A stretch of DNA of 29,368 nt from an uncultured bacterium. GTDB taxonomy: Bacteria; Planctomycetota; Phycisphaerae; Phycisphaerales; SM1A02. More model-generated notes on the stretch are below. The model did not search any database. It was not told the origin of the DNA and saw nothing but the letters and a program-made list of their open reading frames with translations. The stretch covers positions 1-29,368 of the forward strand of contig CAIXEV010000627.1 in NCBI GenBank assembly GCA_903918555.1, written 5' to 3'. The DNA is not shown here. Within the stretch, counting starts at the first letter, position 1.

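Noticed and set aside
20255-28900. Minus-strand ORFs 20255-22870, 23069-24001, 24776-27361 and 27683-28900
   Set aside because: All are in register with frame +2 and end on rare sense codons (TCA, TTA, CTA, TCA). No independent coding signal.
532-29352. Numerous 60-280-aa minus-strand ORFs rich in Ala/Pro/Val/Thr
   Set aside because: Off-register antisense reads of the repeat protein. They recur wherever the sense repeats recur and show no family motifs.
13425-29368. Calling the gene a pore-forming RTX toxin or MARTX (rtxA/hlyA)
   Set aside because: RTX-like motifs indicate the secretion/Ca2+-binding class only. I recognised no pore-forming, cysteine-protease or effector domain in this window, so no gene symbol is assigned.
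1-29368. Promoters, terminators, tRNA/rRNA, inteins
   Set aside because: There is no intergenic DNA and no recognisable RNA gene. The in-frame inserts lack intein Cys/Ser...His-Asn splice motifs. GC-rich hairpins inside coding sequence are uninformative.

Overview
The whole 29,368-nt window is the interior of one giant protein-coding gene on the + strand. Frame +2 (codons start at nt 2) is open from end to end: 9,789 codons, roughly 1 MDa, with start and stop both outside the window. The supplied ORF track misses it, apparently because it has no stop, and lists only shadow ORFs. The protein is Ala/Gly/Thr/Ser/Val-rich, and I saw no Cys in my hand translation. It looks like a secreted RTX-type repetitive adhesin or surface protein from a high-GC bacterium. 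Order along the chain: (A) ~60-65-aa beta-helix-type repeats grouped in ~260-aa super-repeats, including a recent 774-nt tandem duplication (2-~8400); (B) an aromatic and helical mixed region (~8400-10380); (C) haemagglutinin-like beta-helix repeats (~10380-13400); (D) RTX-like GGxGxD beta-roll units (~13400-15630); (E) a ~9.4-kb block of Calx-beta-like, PPC-like and ~24 unnamed ~100-aa repeat domains; (F) more RTX-like units carrying two 'EVQ'-type domains and a FlgD-like domain, then GDNG repeats running off the window end. The most unusual feature is Russian-doll nesting. Domains are repeatedly split and interrupted by other domains, up to four levels deep, with the two halves of one unit as much as ~3,150 residues apart. 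Several insert boundaries carry short direct repeats. All family names come from motif recognition by eye, not database searches. I found no RNA genes, mobile elements, CRISPR arrays or intergenic regulatory sites.
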